Shown: positions 46,637 to 56,111, counted from the first letter of the stretch. The stretch is DNA of 64,000 nt from an uncultured Mycoplasmatota bacterium (GCA_946402735.1 CAMIXH010000001.1:378908-442907), one strand, 5' to 3'. Notes: generated from the letters alone by a model not told the origin. Program-made: numbers and translations.

Positions 46637-47563
46637 TTATAAACCTATTAAAAACTTCTCCATTAGTTCAATTTTATCAAAACCATTTACTTTGATATCT
46701 ACATCTACATCACTTAATTTATGAAGAATATTTGCTATTTCTTCATGAGAATACTCATCTACAAACGGATATAGTTTCTTTATTGTATATGATTTAACTC
46801 CTAATAATCTAGCAAGTGATTCTTCATCTTTTCCATATCTTAAATCTTTTACTTGCATTAATAATCTAAATTGTTTTGCTAAACTATCAATTATAACAAC
46901 TACATCCATATTACTACTAATTAATATCTTAAAAGAATTAATACTTCTACCAATGTCTTTCTTCATAACATTTTCAGTAAACTTAAATAATTCTTTTTCA
47001 GTACTTCTACTAACTACATCATTAATATCTTTATCATATAACACTGTATCCCCTATTTTATATAGTAGTAATTTATTTACTTCATTAATAGTATAATCAG
47101 GATTATAATCACATAAATCTAATATTGCTTTAACTTGATTATATGTTGCTTCAATATTATTTTCTTTAAACATATTAGTGACATATTGATGTAGCATTTT
47201 ATAATCTAATTTTTCTATCTTTCTAACATCACATTTACTTTTAAGTAGTTTTGTTAGGCTTTTTCTTTCATCTAATGATTCATCAATACATTTGAAAATA
47301 ATTACATTGTCATTCATATTTTCAATGTATCTCATTAACATTTTTTCTTCATCTTCATTTAATTTTTTAAATGAAAAATTAGAAACTACTAATAATTTCT
47401 TTTCATTAAATAAATCTACATAATTTATTTCTTCAATTATATCTCTTAGAGTTATTTCACCAAATTCATATCTAATAATATTATCTATATTTAGATTACT
47501 AATTAATTTATTAACACTATCATTAAGAATACTAAAATCACTACCAATAAATACATAAATCAT
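46637..47563 (-). CDS. holA: DNA polymerase III delta subunit (HolA-like)
   Basis: 308 aa. The N-terminus MIYVFIGSDFSIL.., LFNEKKLLVV and the helical C-terminal domain pattern fit HolA. The similarity is weak and judged by eye. Confidence 0.55.
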   Translation of the reverse strand: MIYVFIGSDFSILNDSVNKLISNLNIDNIIRYEFGEITLRDIIEEINYVDLFNEKKLLVVSNFSFKKLNEDEEKMLMRYIENMNDNVIIFKCIDESLDERKSLTKLLKSKCDVRKIEKLDYKMLHQYVTNMFKENNIEATYNQVKAILDLCDYNPDYTINEVNKLLLYKIGDTVLYDKDINDVVSRSTEKELFKFTENVMKKDIGRSINSFKILISSNMDVVVIIDSLAKQFRLLMQVKDLRYGKDEESLARLLGVKSYTIKKLYPFVDEYSHEEIANILHKLSDVDVDIKVNGFDKIELMEKFLIGL

Positions 47564-47564
47564 A

Positions 47565-48425
47565 TTAATTATCCTTTATAACAACACTTCTTACACTAGG
47601 ATCAATTACAAAAGTATTTAAGTTATCAATTTTCTTATTATTTACATATATACTCTTAGATTTAAAAGGTATTTTTAAAGCATTTAATAATTCCTTTAAT
47701 TCAGAGTAAATCTTTACTTTAACTACAGTAGTTTGTCCATTATTTATTGTAATAATAGTGTTATCATATAAATAATCTTGATGAATAGCTTTATATATTG
47801 CTAGTATTTCTTCTATACTATAAAATTCACATTTAGAATCCTTAAACTTTTTATTAGAGTGAACAATACAAATATTTAAGAATGCATTAATATATTTTTC
47901 ATATGCATTAATAGAATACAAATCATTACTATCTATACATAAATAGCATGTTTTCATATTAAATATTTCCATAAATTCATCTATTGCTTCTAATATTTCT
48001 TCATAACTTTCAACATTAATAACAACATCTTTTAAATCGTTATGTTTATCATATAAAGAATTAACTACTAGAGTTGTTTTACTATTAATGTTTCTTTTTA
48101 AACCATATTTTTCTAATGATTCAATTATTTCGCTTTTCTTTAATTTAGTTACATTTTTAGTAGGATTTAATTTAACCCTCTTATCTATAAAATCATTTTC
48201 TATAACAATTGAATCACTTTCAAATCCATTATAATTACTTCTTCTTGTTCCAACTACACTTCCACTAACTGGACTAAATATTTTTTTACCATCTTTTCTT
48301 GTTCCAAGAAGACTATTATTATATACTTTTCTATTTTTACTCAACGTCAAAAGAGTTATGTCATCATATGGTACATAAATAAATTCTGGTGTTAAATAAG
48401 TTATATATTCTTGTGTTTTTTTCAT
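47565..48425 (-). CDS. Hypothetical protein (286 aa)
   Basis: ORF with Shine-Dalgarno TGGAGT. Its stop lies 1 nt before the holA start. The N-terminal segment IFSPVSGSVVGT resembles a barrel-sandwich hybrid motif. Confidence 0.45.
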   Translation of the reverse strand: MKKTQEYITYLTPEFIYVPYDDITLLTLSKNRKVYNNSLLGTRKDGKKIFSPVSGSVVGTRRSNYNGFESDSIVIENDFIDKRVKLNPTKNVTKLKKSEIIESLEKYGLKRNINSKTTLVVNSLYDKHNDLKDVVINVESYEEILEAIDEFMEIFNMKTCYLCIDSNDLYSINAYEKYINAFLNICIVHSNKKFKDSKCEFYSIEEILAIYKAIHQDYLYDNTIITINNGQTTVVKVKIYSELKELLNALKIPFKSKSIYVNNKKIDNLNTFVIDPSVRSVVIKDN

Positions 48426-48483
48426 ATAAAGTACTCCATAAATAATTATATATTATTTTAATATTTTTTAAAAGCAAAATAAA

Positions 48484-48508
48484 CAAAAAAAGACTAATTA
48501 ATTAGTCT
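48484..48508 (-). terminator. Hairpin terminator after the DUF5662-like gene
   Basis: AGACTAATTAATTAGTCT palindrome overlapping the stop codon, with a U-run. Confidence 0.6.
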
Positions 48509-49043
48509 ATTTTATATGTTTTAAATATAGTTTCTTTAAATGCATTTTATTAAGTATTTTTTCACCATTTTTACTTAATTCAGTAAATACTTCTTCTAAA
48601 AAACTTTTTAATTTTGGATTAAGTGTCATCTTAGGTTCTTCATGTCTATAATATTCTAATGGACTATTTAATGTATAGTCTTTACCTTTATATGTTTTAG
48701 AAGCAGCTATTCTATCACATATCATTTCTAACATATATTTAAAAGGTATTATTGGTGTTGGCTCTGGTGCTACTGAATCATACCAATATTCAAAGTGATG
48801 CTTATTTCTTCCTTTATGATGAAGCCATGCAGGTGAAAAACCTGTTTCCATCTTGCATTTCTTTAAAGGACTATATTTACCATCTGCATAGTATTTAACT
48901 GATTCACTAAATTCAGTATAAGAATACTTAGATAGATCATGAACAAGTCCTCTAAAAGGAATACCAACTTTAACACTTAATTTAAATACTTCCCATCTAT
49001 GTTTATTTACTGTATGTAAATGTTTAAAAAAATTCTTTATCAT
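48507..49043 (-). CDS. DUF5662-like protein
   Basis: Motifs HLHTVNKHRWEV, LVHDLSKYS and WLHHKGRNKHHFEYW. Confidence 0.5.
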   Translation of the reverse strand: MIKNFFKHLHTVNKHRWEVFKLSVKVGIPFRGLVHDLSKYSYTEFSESVKYYADGKYSPLKKCKMETGFSPAWLHHKGRNKHHFEYWYDSVAPEPTPIIPFKYMLEMICDRIAASKTYKGKDYTLNSPLEYYRHEEPKMTLNPKLKSFLEEVFTELSKNGEKILNKMHLKKLYLKHIK

Positions 49044-49075
49044 ATATACTCCACTTAAAAAAAATCAATAAATAA

Positions 49076-49285
49076 TTATTGATATTTTTGCATTTGTTTC
49101 ATTAATTGATTTACTTGTTTTTGACTAGGTTGTCTTCCCATTCCTCTCATTAATGTTTTTATCATTTCTTCACTAATTGGAGGATTCTCTTTTAATTGTT
49201 TTTTAAATACATGTTTTGCTATTAAAAAACCAGCAATTAAACCAACTATTAAACCTATTACTACATATAATATATCCCATATCAT
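49076..49285 (-). CDS. YneF/UPF0154-family small membrane protein
   Basis: MIWDILYVVIGLIVGLIAGFLIAKHVFKKQLKENPPISEEMIKTLM..GRQPSQKQVNQ. I trimmed the start to ATG 49285. Confidence 0.7.
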   Translation of the reverse strand: MIWDILYVVIGLIVGLIAGFLIAKHVFKKQLKENPPISEEMIKTLMRGMGRQPSQKQVNQLMKQMQKYQ

Positions 49286-49340
49286 AGTTTGCTCATCTCC
49301 TAAGATAATTTTAACAAAAATAACTATTATTATCAAGCAA

Positions 49341-49366
49341 TAAAAAAGAAGGATTTAATCCTTCTT
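49341..49366 (-). terminator. Hairpin terminator after pbp2B
   Basis: AAGAAGGAT / ATCCTTCTT stem with the stop codon in the loop and a U-run. Confidence 0.65.
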
Positions 49367-51502
49367 ATATTTTGGTTCTAAAGTAACACTTAATATATCA
49401 TCTTTTTTAAGTACTGTATCTTTTTTAATGCTATATTTTGTTACGTATCCATATCCATCAAAAGTAACTTGTAGATTTAAAAGCTTACAATATGTTTCTA
49501 CATCACTTCTACTCCAACCTTTAATATTTAACATCTTATACTCTTTAGCTGCACTTAATAAGAATATCTTATTACTTACATTAAGTTTAATACCCTCTTT
49601 TGGATATTGATTTATTACCTTTGGTCCATCCCCAATAGTAATTGGAGTTAATTTATTAGTTTTAATAGTATTTGCAACTTCTTTAATATCTTTATTTGTA
49701 TAATTCTCTACTGTATATACTTTTGTTTCTTTTACATTACTCTTAGAATTAATATTTAAATATGTACCTATATTTCTAACTAGATTCTTAACTGCCTTTT
49801 TAATTCTATCTTGAGTATCTATTTTACTTACAGCAACATATATTATAATTTGAGGATCTTTTCCAGGAAATACTCCTGCAAAACTTCTTACATACGTACT
49901 AGCTAAGTATTTACCACCAGAAGCTATTTCAGCAGTACCAGTTTTACCAACTAAATCATATTCTTTAACATAATATCCAGTACCAGTAGATACTCTACTT
50001 CTACCATCAACTACGCCCCTCATTAAATCTATCATATGATCTATATTCTTTTCACTAAATACTTTTCTAACTTCTTCTCTTCCACCTTCATAAACTATGT
50101 TACCATCTTCATCTACTATTTTAGATACTAAATATGGTTTAATAACTGTACCTTTATTTCCAAGAACACTTAGTGCTTGTAACATTTGAACAGCAGTTAC
50201 TGTTATACCTTGTCCAAATGAAGCAGAAGCTATTTCAGTATTATATCTAAAGTTAATGATACCAGAGCTTTCATTAGGAAGACCTATTCCAGTTTTACTA
50301 CCATATCCTAATGAATTGTAATAATCCGTTAATTTTGCTCTTCCTAGTTTTAAAGCTAGTCTAGAAGCTGCTGTATTTGAAGAAGCCATAAGTCCTTCAT
50401 CATAGGTAATCTTTCCCCAACCATAATGGTTCCAGTCTCTAATAACAGCATCATCTACTTTTAATGATCCACTTTGATATTTTTGTTTTCCATTATAAAT
50501 ACCAGCTTCCATAGCAGATAAGAAACTAAATATTTTCATAGTAGAACCAGGTTCATATGTTTGAGCAACAAATGGATCATAATATGATTTAATTTCTAAA
50601 GTATTATTATTAAAACTTGGACTAGATGAAACAGCTAATATTTCACCAGTTTTAGCATTCATAACACTTACAGTAATCCATTGAGGTTTACCCTTTTCCA
50701 TAGTTTCCCTTGCTTGTTCCGCAAACATTTGAATATTATTATCAATAGTTAAATATATATCATTACCACTTATACTTTTTCTTTCAATAGTAGGAGTATT
50801 TGTTATTTGATATCCTTGTAAATCTGATTGATATTCAATATAACCATTTTCTCCTGTTAATTCATTATTATAGTATTGTTCGATACCCATTTCACCAACA
50901 TAATCACCATTATCATTACGTCTTGCATAACCTAAAGTATATGATAAAAAGTCACCATTTGGATAATATCTTTTAGAACTAGATATAAAATCTATACCAG
51001 GTAAATCTAATGAATCAATTTCATCTTTTACAAGTTCTGTAATACCTCTTCCACCTGGACCAAGTTCAACTTGATATGGAGGTTTTTCAATACATGTACC
51101 ATTATCATCACATGTTTTAATCTTTGTATTTAAAAGATCTAATATTCTTTTTTTACTCATATTAATGATAGGACTTAATTTTTCAGCAGTTAATTCTTTA
51201 TCTATAACATGATATGGATGATTAATATCTCTTGTTCTAGATGGTTCTAAATATGCTATTACTGTATAACTATTTACATCTTTTGCAAGTACTTCACCAC
51301 TAGCAGAATAAATAGTACCACGTCTAGCATTAGTAACACGTTTTACTGTATCTCTTAGGGATGCAAATTCAGATAGTGATTGACCATTTACTTTTACATT
51401 ACCTAAACCAATATATAATAGTTTAAAAATTATGCATAAAAAAATAAAAACAACTATAATAACAAATATTATATTTATTTTTATTGTTTTTATTTTTTTC
51501 AT
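49355..51502 (-). CDS. pbpB: Class B penicillin-binding protein (PBP2B/FtsI) with two PASTA domains
   Basis: TM anchor, SxxK GSTMKIF, SxN ASSNTA, KTG GKTGTAE, and two C-terminal PASTA units. I trimmed the start to ATG 51502, which has GAGGTG upstream. Confidence 0.9.
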   Translation of the reverse strand: MKKIKTIKINIIFVIIVVFIFLCIIFKLLYIGLGNVKVNGQSLSEFASLRDTVKRVTNARRGTIYSASGEVLAKDVNSYTVIAYLEPSRTRDINHPYHVIDKELTAEKLSPIINMSKKRILDLLNTKIKTCDDNGTCIEKPPYQVELGPGGRGITELVKDEIDSLDLPGIDFISSSKRYYPNGDFLSYTLGYARRNDNGDYVGEMGIEQYYNNELTGENGYIEYQSDLQGYQITNTPTIERKSISGNDIYLTIDNNIQMFAEQARETMEKGKPQWITVSVMNAKTGEILAVSSSPSFNNNTLEIKSYYDPFVAQTYEPGSTMKIFSFLSAMEAGIYNGKQKYQSGSLKVDDAVIRDWNHYGWGKITYDEGLMASSNTAASRLALKLGRAKLTDYYNSLGYGSKTGIGLPNESSGIINFRYNTEIASASFGQGITVTAVQMLQALSVLGNKGTVIKPYLVSKIVDEDGNIVYEGGREEVRKVFSEKNIDHMIDLMRGVVDGRSRVSTGTGYYVKEYDLVGKTGTAEIASGGKYLASTYVRSFAGVFPGKDPQIIIYVAVSKIDTQDRIKKAVKNLVRNIGTYLNINSKSNVKETKVYTVENYTNKDIKEVANTIKTNKLTPITIGDGPKVINQYPKEGIKLNVSNKIFLLSAAKEYKMLNIKGWSRSDVETYCKLLNLQVTFDGYGYVTKYSIKKDTVLKKDDILSVTLEPKYKKD

Positions 51503-51512
51503 ATTTGCACCT

Positions 51513-51809
51513 CTACTCTTGAATATCTGAAACAACTCTTATGTTCTTATTATTATACTCCAATCCAAAAGTATCTGCAACTTCTAATGCATTATCTAGA
51601 CATGCAAGTTCGTTAATTTTCATTTGCATACTAGCATTTAATTTTTCTTGTGTATCTATTTTACTTTTTAATCTTTGAAGCTCTGAATTATTAGATTGGA
51701 TATTAGCTTGTCCGATGAAATTAACAAATATTGTTCCAAGAACGAAAATTATGATTAAACCCATCATAGTATTTTCTCCTCTAACTTTTAAGTATTTCTT
51801 CTTTGTCAT
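51513..51809 (-). CDS. ftsL: Cell division protein FtsL
   Basis: 98 aa with a single TM segment plus a coiled coil. It lies between rsmH and pbp2B, in an ATGA overlap with rsmH. Confidence 0.75.
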   Translation of the reverse strand: MTKKKYLKVRGENTMMGLIIIFVLGTIFVNFIGQANIQSNNSELQRLKSKIDTQEKLNASMQMKINELACLDNALEVADTFGLEYNNKNIRVVSDIQE

Positions 51810-52708
51810 TTTACCCTTTCTATAACCCTTAGTTTTGAACTTCTACTTCTTAAATTATCTTCAAGTTCTTCTTTACTTGGTGTTATCTTTGCTATCTTTT
51901 TAGCTCTTGCTTTTAGTTCTTCTGGAACTATTGGCATTTTTTTACTACGCTCATCATCACTACACAATTCGTTAAATACATGAGCTACTATTTTATCTTC
52001 TAATGAATGGAAAGTTATTACACATAATCTTCCACCAACTTTTAATAAATCAAATGCATCTCTTATACTGCTTTCTAGAATATCAAGTTCATGATTAACT
52101 TCTATTCTAATCGCTTGAAATGATTTTCTAGCTGGATGCGATTTATTTCTATAACTAATTGGTACACTATTCTTAATAATTTCTGCTAACTCTAGTGTTG
52201 TTTCAATTGGTCTATTTGCTACTATTGATTTTGCAATACTTTTAGCAAACTTCTCTTCTCCAAATCTAAATAGTATATCAACTAACTTTTCATAGCTATA
52301 TTCATTTACTACCTTATAGGCATCTAATGGATTATCTTTATCCATTCTCATATCTAGTCTTGAATTTTTGTGAAAAGAAAACCCTCTTTCTTCTTCATCT
52401 AATTGAGGACTTGATACTCCAAGATCAAATAGCACTCCATCAACAGGTTTATCAATATAATTTTTCATGTTTACAAAGTTACTTTTAATAATTTTGAAGT
52501 TACTCCCGATCTTAGACAATTTTTCATTTGAAAACTTTATAGCTTCATCATCTTGATCAAAGGCGAAAAGAAACCCCTTTTTATTCAATTTCCTTAAAAC
52601 TTCGCCTGAGTGCCCTGCATATCCTACAGTAGCATCTATATAAATTTTACCCTCTGACACATTTAGGTATTCTATTACCTCATTTAATAACACACTTTTA
52701 TGTTTCAT
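51806..52708 (-). CDS. rsmH: 16S rRNA (cytosine1402-N4)-methyltransferase RsmH (MraW)
   Basis: Motifs MKHKSVLLNEV, DATVGYAGHS, FDLGVSSPQLD and ITFHSLEDK. I trimmed the start to ATG 52708; the track start is TTG. Confidence 0.9.
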   Translation of the reverse strand: MKHKSVLLNEVIEYLNVSEGKIYIDATVGYAGHSGEVLRKLNKKGFLFAFDQDDEAIKFSNEKLSKIGSNFKIIKSNFVNMKNYIDKPVDGVLFDLGVSSPQLDEEERGFSFHKNSRLDMRMDKDNPLDAYKVVNEYSYEKLVDILFRFGEEKFAKSIAKSIVANRPIETTLELAEIIKNSVPISYRNKSHPARKSFQAIRIEVNHELDILESSIRDAFDLLKVGGRLCVITFHSLEDKIVAHVFNELCSDDERSKKMPIVPEELKARAKKIAKITPSKEELEDNLRSRSSKLRVIERVK

Positions 52709-53135
52709 AATTACTATCAAATATATCTTCAGTTATTTCTTCTAAAGATTTTTCATTCTCCTTCATGTAGTTATCAAATTCGTCTAAAGCCCATATTTCT
52801 AGTCGTTCATTTACGCCAATAATCACGCATTCTTTTTGAATATTGGCGTAATGAACTAACGGTGAGGTAATATTAATTCGACCTTGTTTATCGAATTCAA
52901 TTGTGGAAGCTCCACCTATAAAAGCTCTTTCGAAAGCTCTTACATTCTTTTTGGTAAATTGTAGATTGCTTACTCTTGATACTAATTTATTCCATTCAAC
53001 TTCTGAATAAACAAATAAGCATCTATCAAGTCCTTTAGTGATTACAAATCTTTCGCCTAGCTCGCTTCTGAATTTAGAAGGAATAATTAATCGACTCTTC
53101 TCATCAATATTATGATGATATTCACCCATTAACAT
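52698..53135 (-). CDS. mraZ: Transcriptional regulator MraZ
   Basis: MLMGEYHHNIDEKSRLIIPSKFR and a second SpoVT/AbrB-like half DKQGRINI. I trimmed the start to ATG 53135. Confidence 0.9.
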   Translation of the reverse strand: MLMGEYHHNIDEKSRLIIPSKFRSELGERFVITKGLDRCLFVYSEVEWNKLVSRVSNLQFTKKNVRAFERAFIGGASTIEFDKQGRINITSPLVHYANIQKECVIIGVNERLEIWALDEFDNYMKENEKSLEEITEDIFDSNYET

Positions 53136-53142
53136 GATCAAA

Positions 53143-53182
53143 GCACCCCACTTTCTACCACTTTGTTTCACTTCCTACCACT
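53143..53182 (-). promoter_or_regulatory. MraZ operator-like array: four direct repeats with exact 10-nt phasing
   Basis: Minus strand: AGTGGTAGGA AGTGAAACAA AGTGGTAGAA AGTGGGGTGC, lying between the -10 element and the mraZ start codon. Confidence 0.7.
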
Positions 53183-53211
53183 ATATTACTATTAATCATT
53201 TTATTTGTAAA
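53183..53211 (-). promoter_or_regulatory. Candidate dcw (Pmra) promoter
   Basis: Minus strand: TTTACA, 17 nt spacer, TAATAT, immediately upstream of the repeat array. Confidence 0.55.
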
Positions 53212-53269
53212 GATATTTTTTAAAAATTTTTACACATTTTGTAAATTGTAAAGTTTTACGTCAAATAAA

Positions 53270-53297
53270 AAAGACTGTATAAAACAGTCTTTAACAA
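53270..53297 (-). terminator. Rho-independent terminator after the 905-aa surface protein gene
   Basis: AAAGACTG / CAGTCTTT stem with a 7-nt loop and U-run. Confidence 0.7.
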
Positions 53298-53305
53298 ATT
53301 AACTT

Positions 53306-56023
53306 TTATGGTTGCCATACCCCAGCAAAATTGCTGCCTAATGAGGCTTCAATTGCTGATAATTCATTATTATTATCTACATTAACTTTTCCATATTTTT
53401 GCTTTAACATCCAATTAATAGCATTTGTTTTTCCTATAATAGCATTTTGAGTATAATGCTTAGCAATTCCAATATTTGGTAAATTAGTTAAATTAGTATA
53501 TCTAATATTACCTCTTCTTCTATAATAAGCAGTTAATTCTTTTGAAAAGTTAATAATATTAAAGTTTTCGTCATTTGAAGATATTACCCATATTGGTGTT
53601 TTTAAATCATATGGTGGAGTTGTATCACATTTATGATTATCATCTCCTCCATCTAACGCCCTATCATAAATAGTACTTGGAGTAAATGCACACCTTGAAT
53701 AAACCTTAGCAGGACTCATTGGAATTAAAACTGAGAATAGGCTTCTTTGATCATTATTATTTTTAGCTCTAATAATAACACCTTTTCCTGATTTTAATTT
53801 TGTTTTTTTACTATCACTATAATAAATACTTCTACCTAAAATACTATTATATTCTTTAACTTCTGCAGCAGTCGTTCCATATTCTTTTGCTATACTATCT
53901 AATGTAGTATTATTATCACTTGCAATGTATGTAATATGTTCTTCTAAGAATCCTAAGAATAATGTTCCATATCCTCCTTGACTACTTCCAGTAACAAGAA
54001 TATTATCAAAATCAATATTATATAATTTAATAATAGAATACATTATTTCAATAGCATTAAATATTGAATCTTCCCAGTTACATGTTGTACTAGATGGAGC
54101 AACTATTACTGCTCTAACATCAGCATTCTTATCATTATTTATTGGTTCTGTTCTATAATATAATGCTTTTTTTAAATAATGATTATTTTGCTTTTTCTCA
54201 TTTAAATCTTCTTTTTTACACTCATATCCATATCCACCATGAAGTGCAATTATTAAAGGTAATTTATCAGTTGGTGATACGTTTGGACCCACATATAAAT
54301 AGTAAGGTATTTTATTTTTATTAAAAGGATTATCAACCAATTTTTCTTTATCTTTGGATGCTTTCTTACTAAAGTAATATCCTTTTTTATTATATGTAAT
54401 GTAATTTGAATGACTAACGCTACAATTAACTGTTACTTTCTTTCCATCTTGATCTGTTATTTCAACCTTTGGATTTATTAATAAAGTAAAATTACTCGTA
54501 GCTTTATAATTACAATTAGAATTATTTTGAAGTGTTTTATTATCAGAAATAAATCTATAGTTTTTAGCTACTCCTTTTGTAACGTTAACATTTAATTTAG
54601 CAAGTCCATATCCATTTTCATATTCTCCAGTACATGTTGCTGTTATACTTGGGGTATTATCAGTTTTCTTCCATCCTGCATATAATACAGTATCGCTTTT
54701 CTTATCATATGACATATTTGATGTATTCTGTGCTGTATAGTACTGATTTCCCTTTGTATAATCTGTATTATCATACCATCCCATAAATTTATAACCACTT
54801 CTTGTTGGTATTGTAGAAGAAATTGCTGGCATAGGTTTACCTAACACAGCTTGAACATTTTTTGGAACACTACCAGAACCACCATTTATATTAAATCCAA
54901 CTGTATATTTAGTTGTTGTTACTACTTTGCTCCATCCAGCATATAGAATTAGATTTCTTTCAACATCATACGTTCTAACTGGTTTAAACTTATTATCATA
55001 GTATTGTTTTCCCTTTGTATAATTTGTATTATCATACCAACCTGTAAAAGTATATCCACTTCGAGTTGGAATAATATAATTAACTGTTGGTAGCATTTCA
55101 TCATATTTAACAGTCAAAGCGCCATACGCTTGCGTACTTTCTCCACCATTTAAATTAAAACTAATATTATACTTATTTGCTTCCCATCCAGCATACAATA
55201 TTAAATCTTCTAAAATGTCATTAATTAATTGATTTCCATTATTATCGTAATATTGTTTTCCTTTTGTATAATCTGAGTTATCATACCATCCCATGAATTT
55301 ATAACCTGTTCTATATGGTACTACACTTGAATTCAATTCAGTATTACCTTCATTATTAATACTAATTGATTTACCTTTTTCAACATTACCTCCATTTAGA
55401 TTAAATGAAACATCATATTTTTTATTTTCTACTTGTTGTTTCTTAGAGGCTTCTTTTTTCCAACCAGCATATAAAATAACATTCTTTTTTAAATCATATG
55501 ATTTTACTGGTTTACATTTATCATTATAGTATTTTGTTCCCTTTTTGTAATTTGAATTATCATACCATCCCGCAAAAACATATCCAACACGTGTTGGTAT
55601 TTCATTGCTTATAGTTTTTAATTCTTCACCATATTTAATAGATATCTTATCTTTTTGTCCACCTTCGCCACCATTTGGATTAAAAGTAATATTAAATAAT
55701 GTTTCTTTTTCAGGCTCATTTATAACAATTGATTTACTAGTCTCTGTTTCTTCTTCCCAATGTGCAAATAATGTAGTATTACCATTAAAGTCTTGATCTA
55801 AATTAATAATATTTCCTTTTGATTTATCATCAAACCAACCTACAAATCTTTTATTTTCACATGTTGGCATATCAAAAGTACAATCTAACTTTTTGTTTTT
55901 TACATCACATATATGTTCTTCTAAACCTGAGCAATTATTAACAAATAATACTATTGTTCTTTCACAGCCACAGTTAATTAGACAAACTGCCATAATTATA
56001 AATATAAATATTACTTTTTTCAT
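53306..56023 (-). CDS. Secreted multi-repeat protein: Listeria-Bacteroides (Flg_new) repeats plus C-terminal alpha/beta-hydrolase (esterase) domain with a LysM-like insert
   Basis: Signal peptide MKKVIFIFIIMAVCLINCGC. Repeated F/YxxNGG...GYxFxGWYD..LYAGW units. LIIALHGG and the nucleophile elbow GSSQGG. LysM-like segment TLDSIAKEYGTTAAEVKEYNSI. I trimmed the start to ATG 56023. Confidence 0.75.
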   Translation of the reverse strand: MKKVIFIFIIMAVCLINCGCERTIVLFVNNCSGLEEHICDVKNKKLDCTFDMPTCENKRFVGWFDDKSKGNIINLDQDFNGNTTLFAHWEEETETSKSIVINEPEKETLFNITFNPNGGEGGQKDKISIKYGEELKTISNEIPTRVGYVFAGWYDNSNYKKGTKYYNDKCKPVKSYDLKKNVILYAGWKKEASKKQQVENKKYDVSFNLNGGNVEKGKSISINNEGNTELNSSVVPYRTGYKFMGWYDNSDYTKGKQYYDNNGNQLINDILEDLILYAGWEANKYNISFNLNGGESTQAYGALTVKYDEMLPTVNYIIPTRSGYTFTGWYDNTNYTKGKQYYDNKFKPVRTYDVERNLILYAGWSKVVTTTKYTVGFNINGGSGSVPKNVQAVLGKPMPAISSTIPTRSGYKFMGWYDNTDYTKGNQYYTAQNTSNMSYDKKSDTVLYAGWKKTDNTPSITATCTGEYENGYGLAKLNVNVTKGVAKNYRFISDNKTLQNNSNCNYKATSNFTLLINPKVEITDQDGKKVTVNCSVSHSNYITYNKKGYYFSKKASKDKEKLVDNPFNKNKIPYYLYVGPNVSPTDKLPLIIALHGGYGYECKKEDLNEKKQNNHYLKKALYYRTEPINNDKNADVRAVIVAPSSTTCNWEDSIFNAIEIMYSIIKLYNIDFDNILVTGSSQGGYGTLFLGFLEEHITYIASDNNTTLDSIAKEYGTTAAEVKEYNSILGRSIYYSDSKKTKLKSGKGVIIRAKNNNDQRSLFSVLIPMSPAKVYSRCAFTPSTIYDRALDGGDDNHKCDTTPPYDLKTPIWVISSNDENFNIINFSKELTAYYRRRGNIRYTNLTNLPNIGIAKHYTQNAIIGKTNAINWMLKQKYGKVNVDNNNELSAIEASLGSNFAGVWQP
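54671..55915 (-). repeat. One partial and four full ~85-aa Flg_new-type coding repeats
   Basis: The units end in LFAHW, LYAGWKK, LYAGWEA, LYAGWSK and LYAGWKK. Confidence 0.8.
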
Positions 56024-56111
56024 ATAATACACTTCCTATCATACAATACAAGTATATAGCAATAATCATATTTAAGCAAATAAAAAAGCATTATTTTATA
56101 ATACTTTTTTG

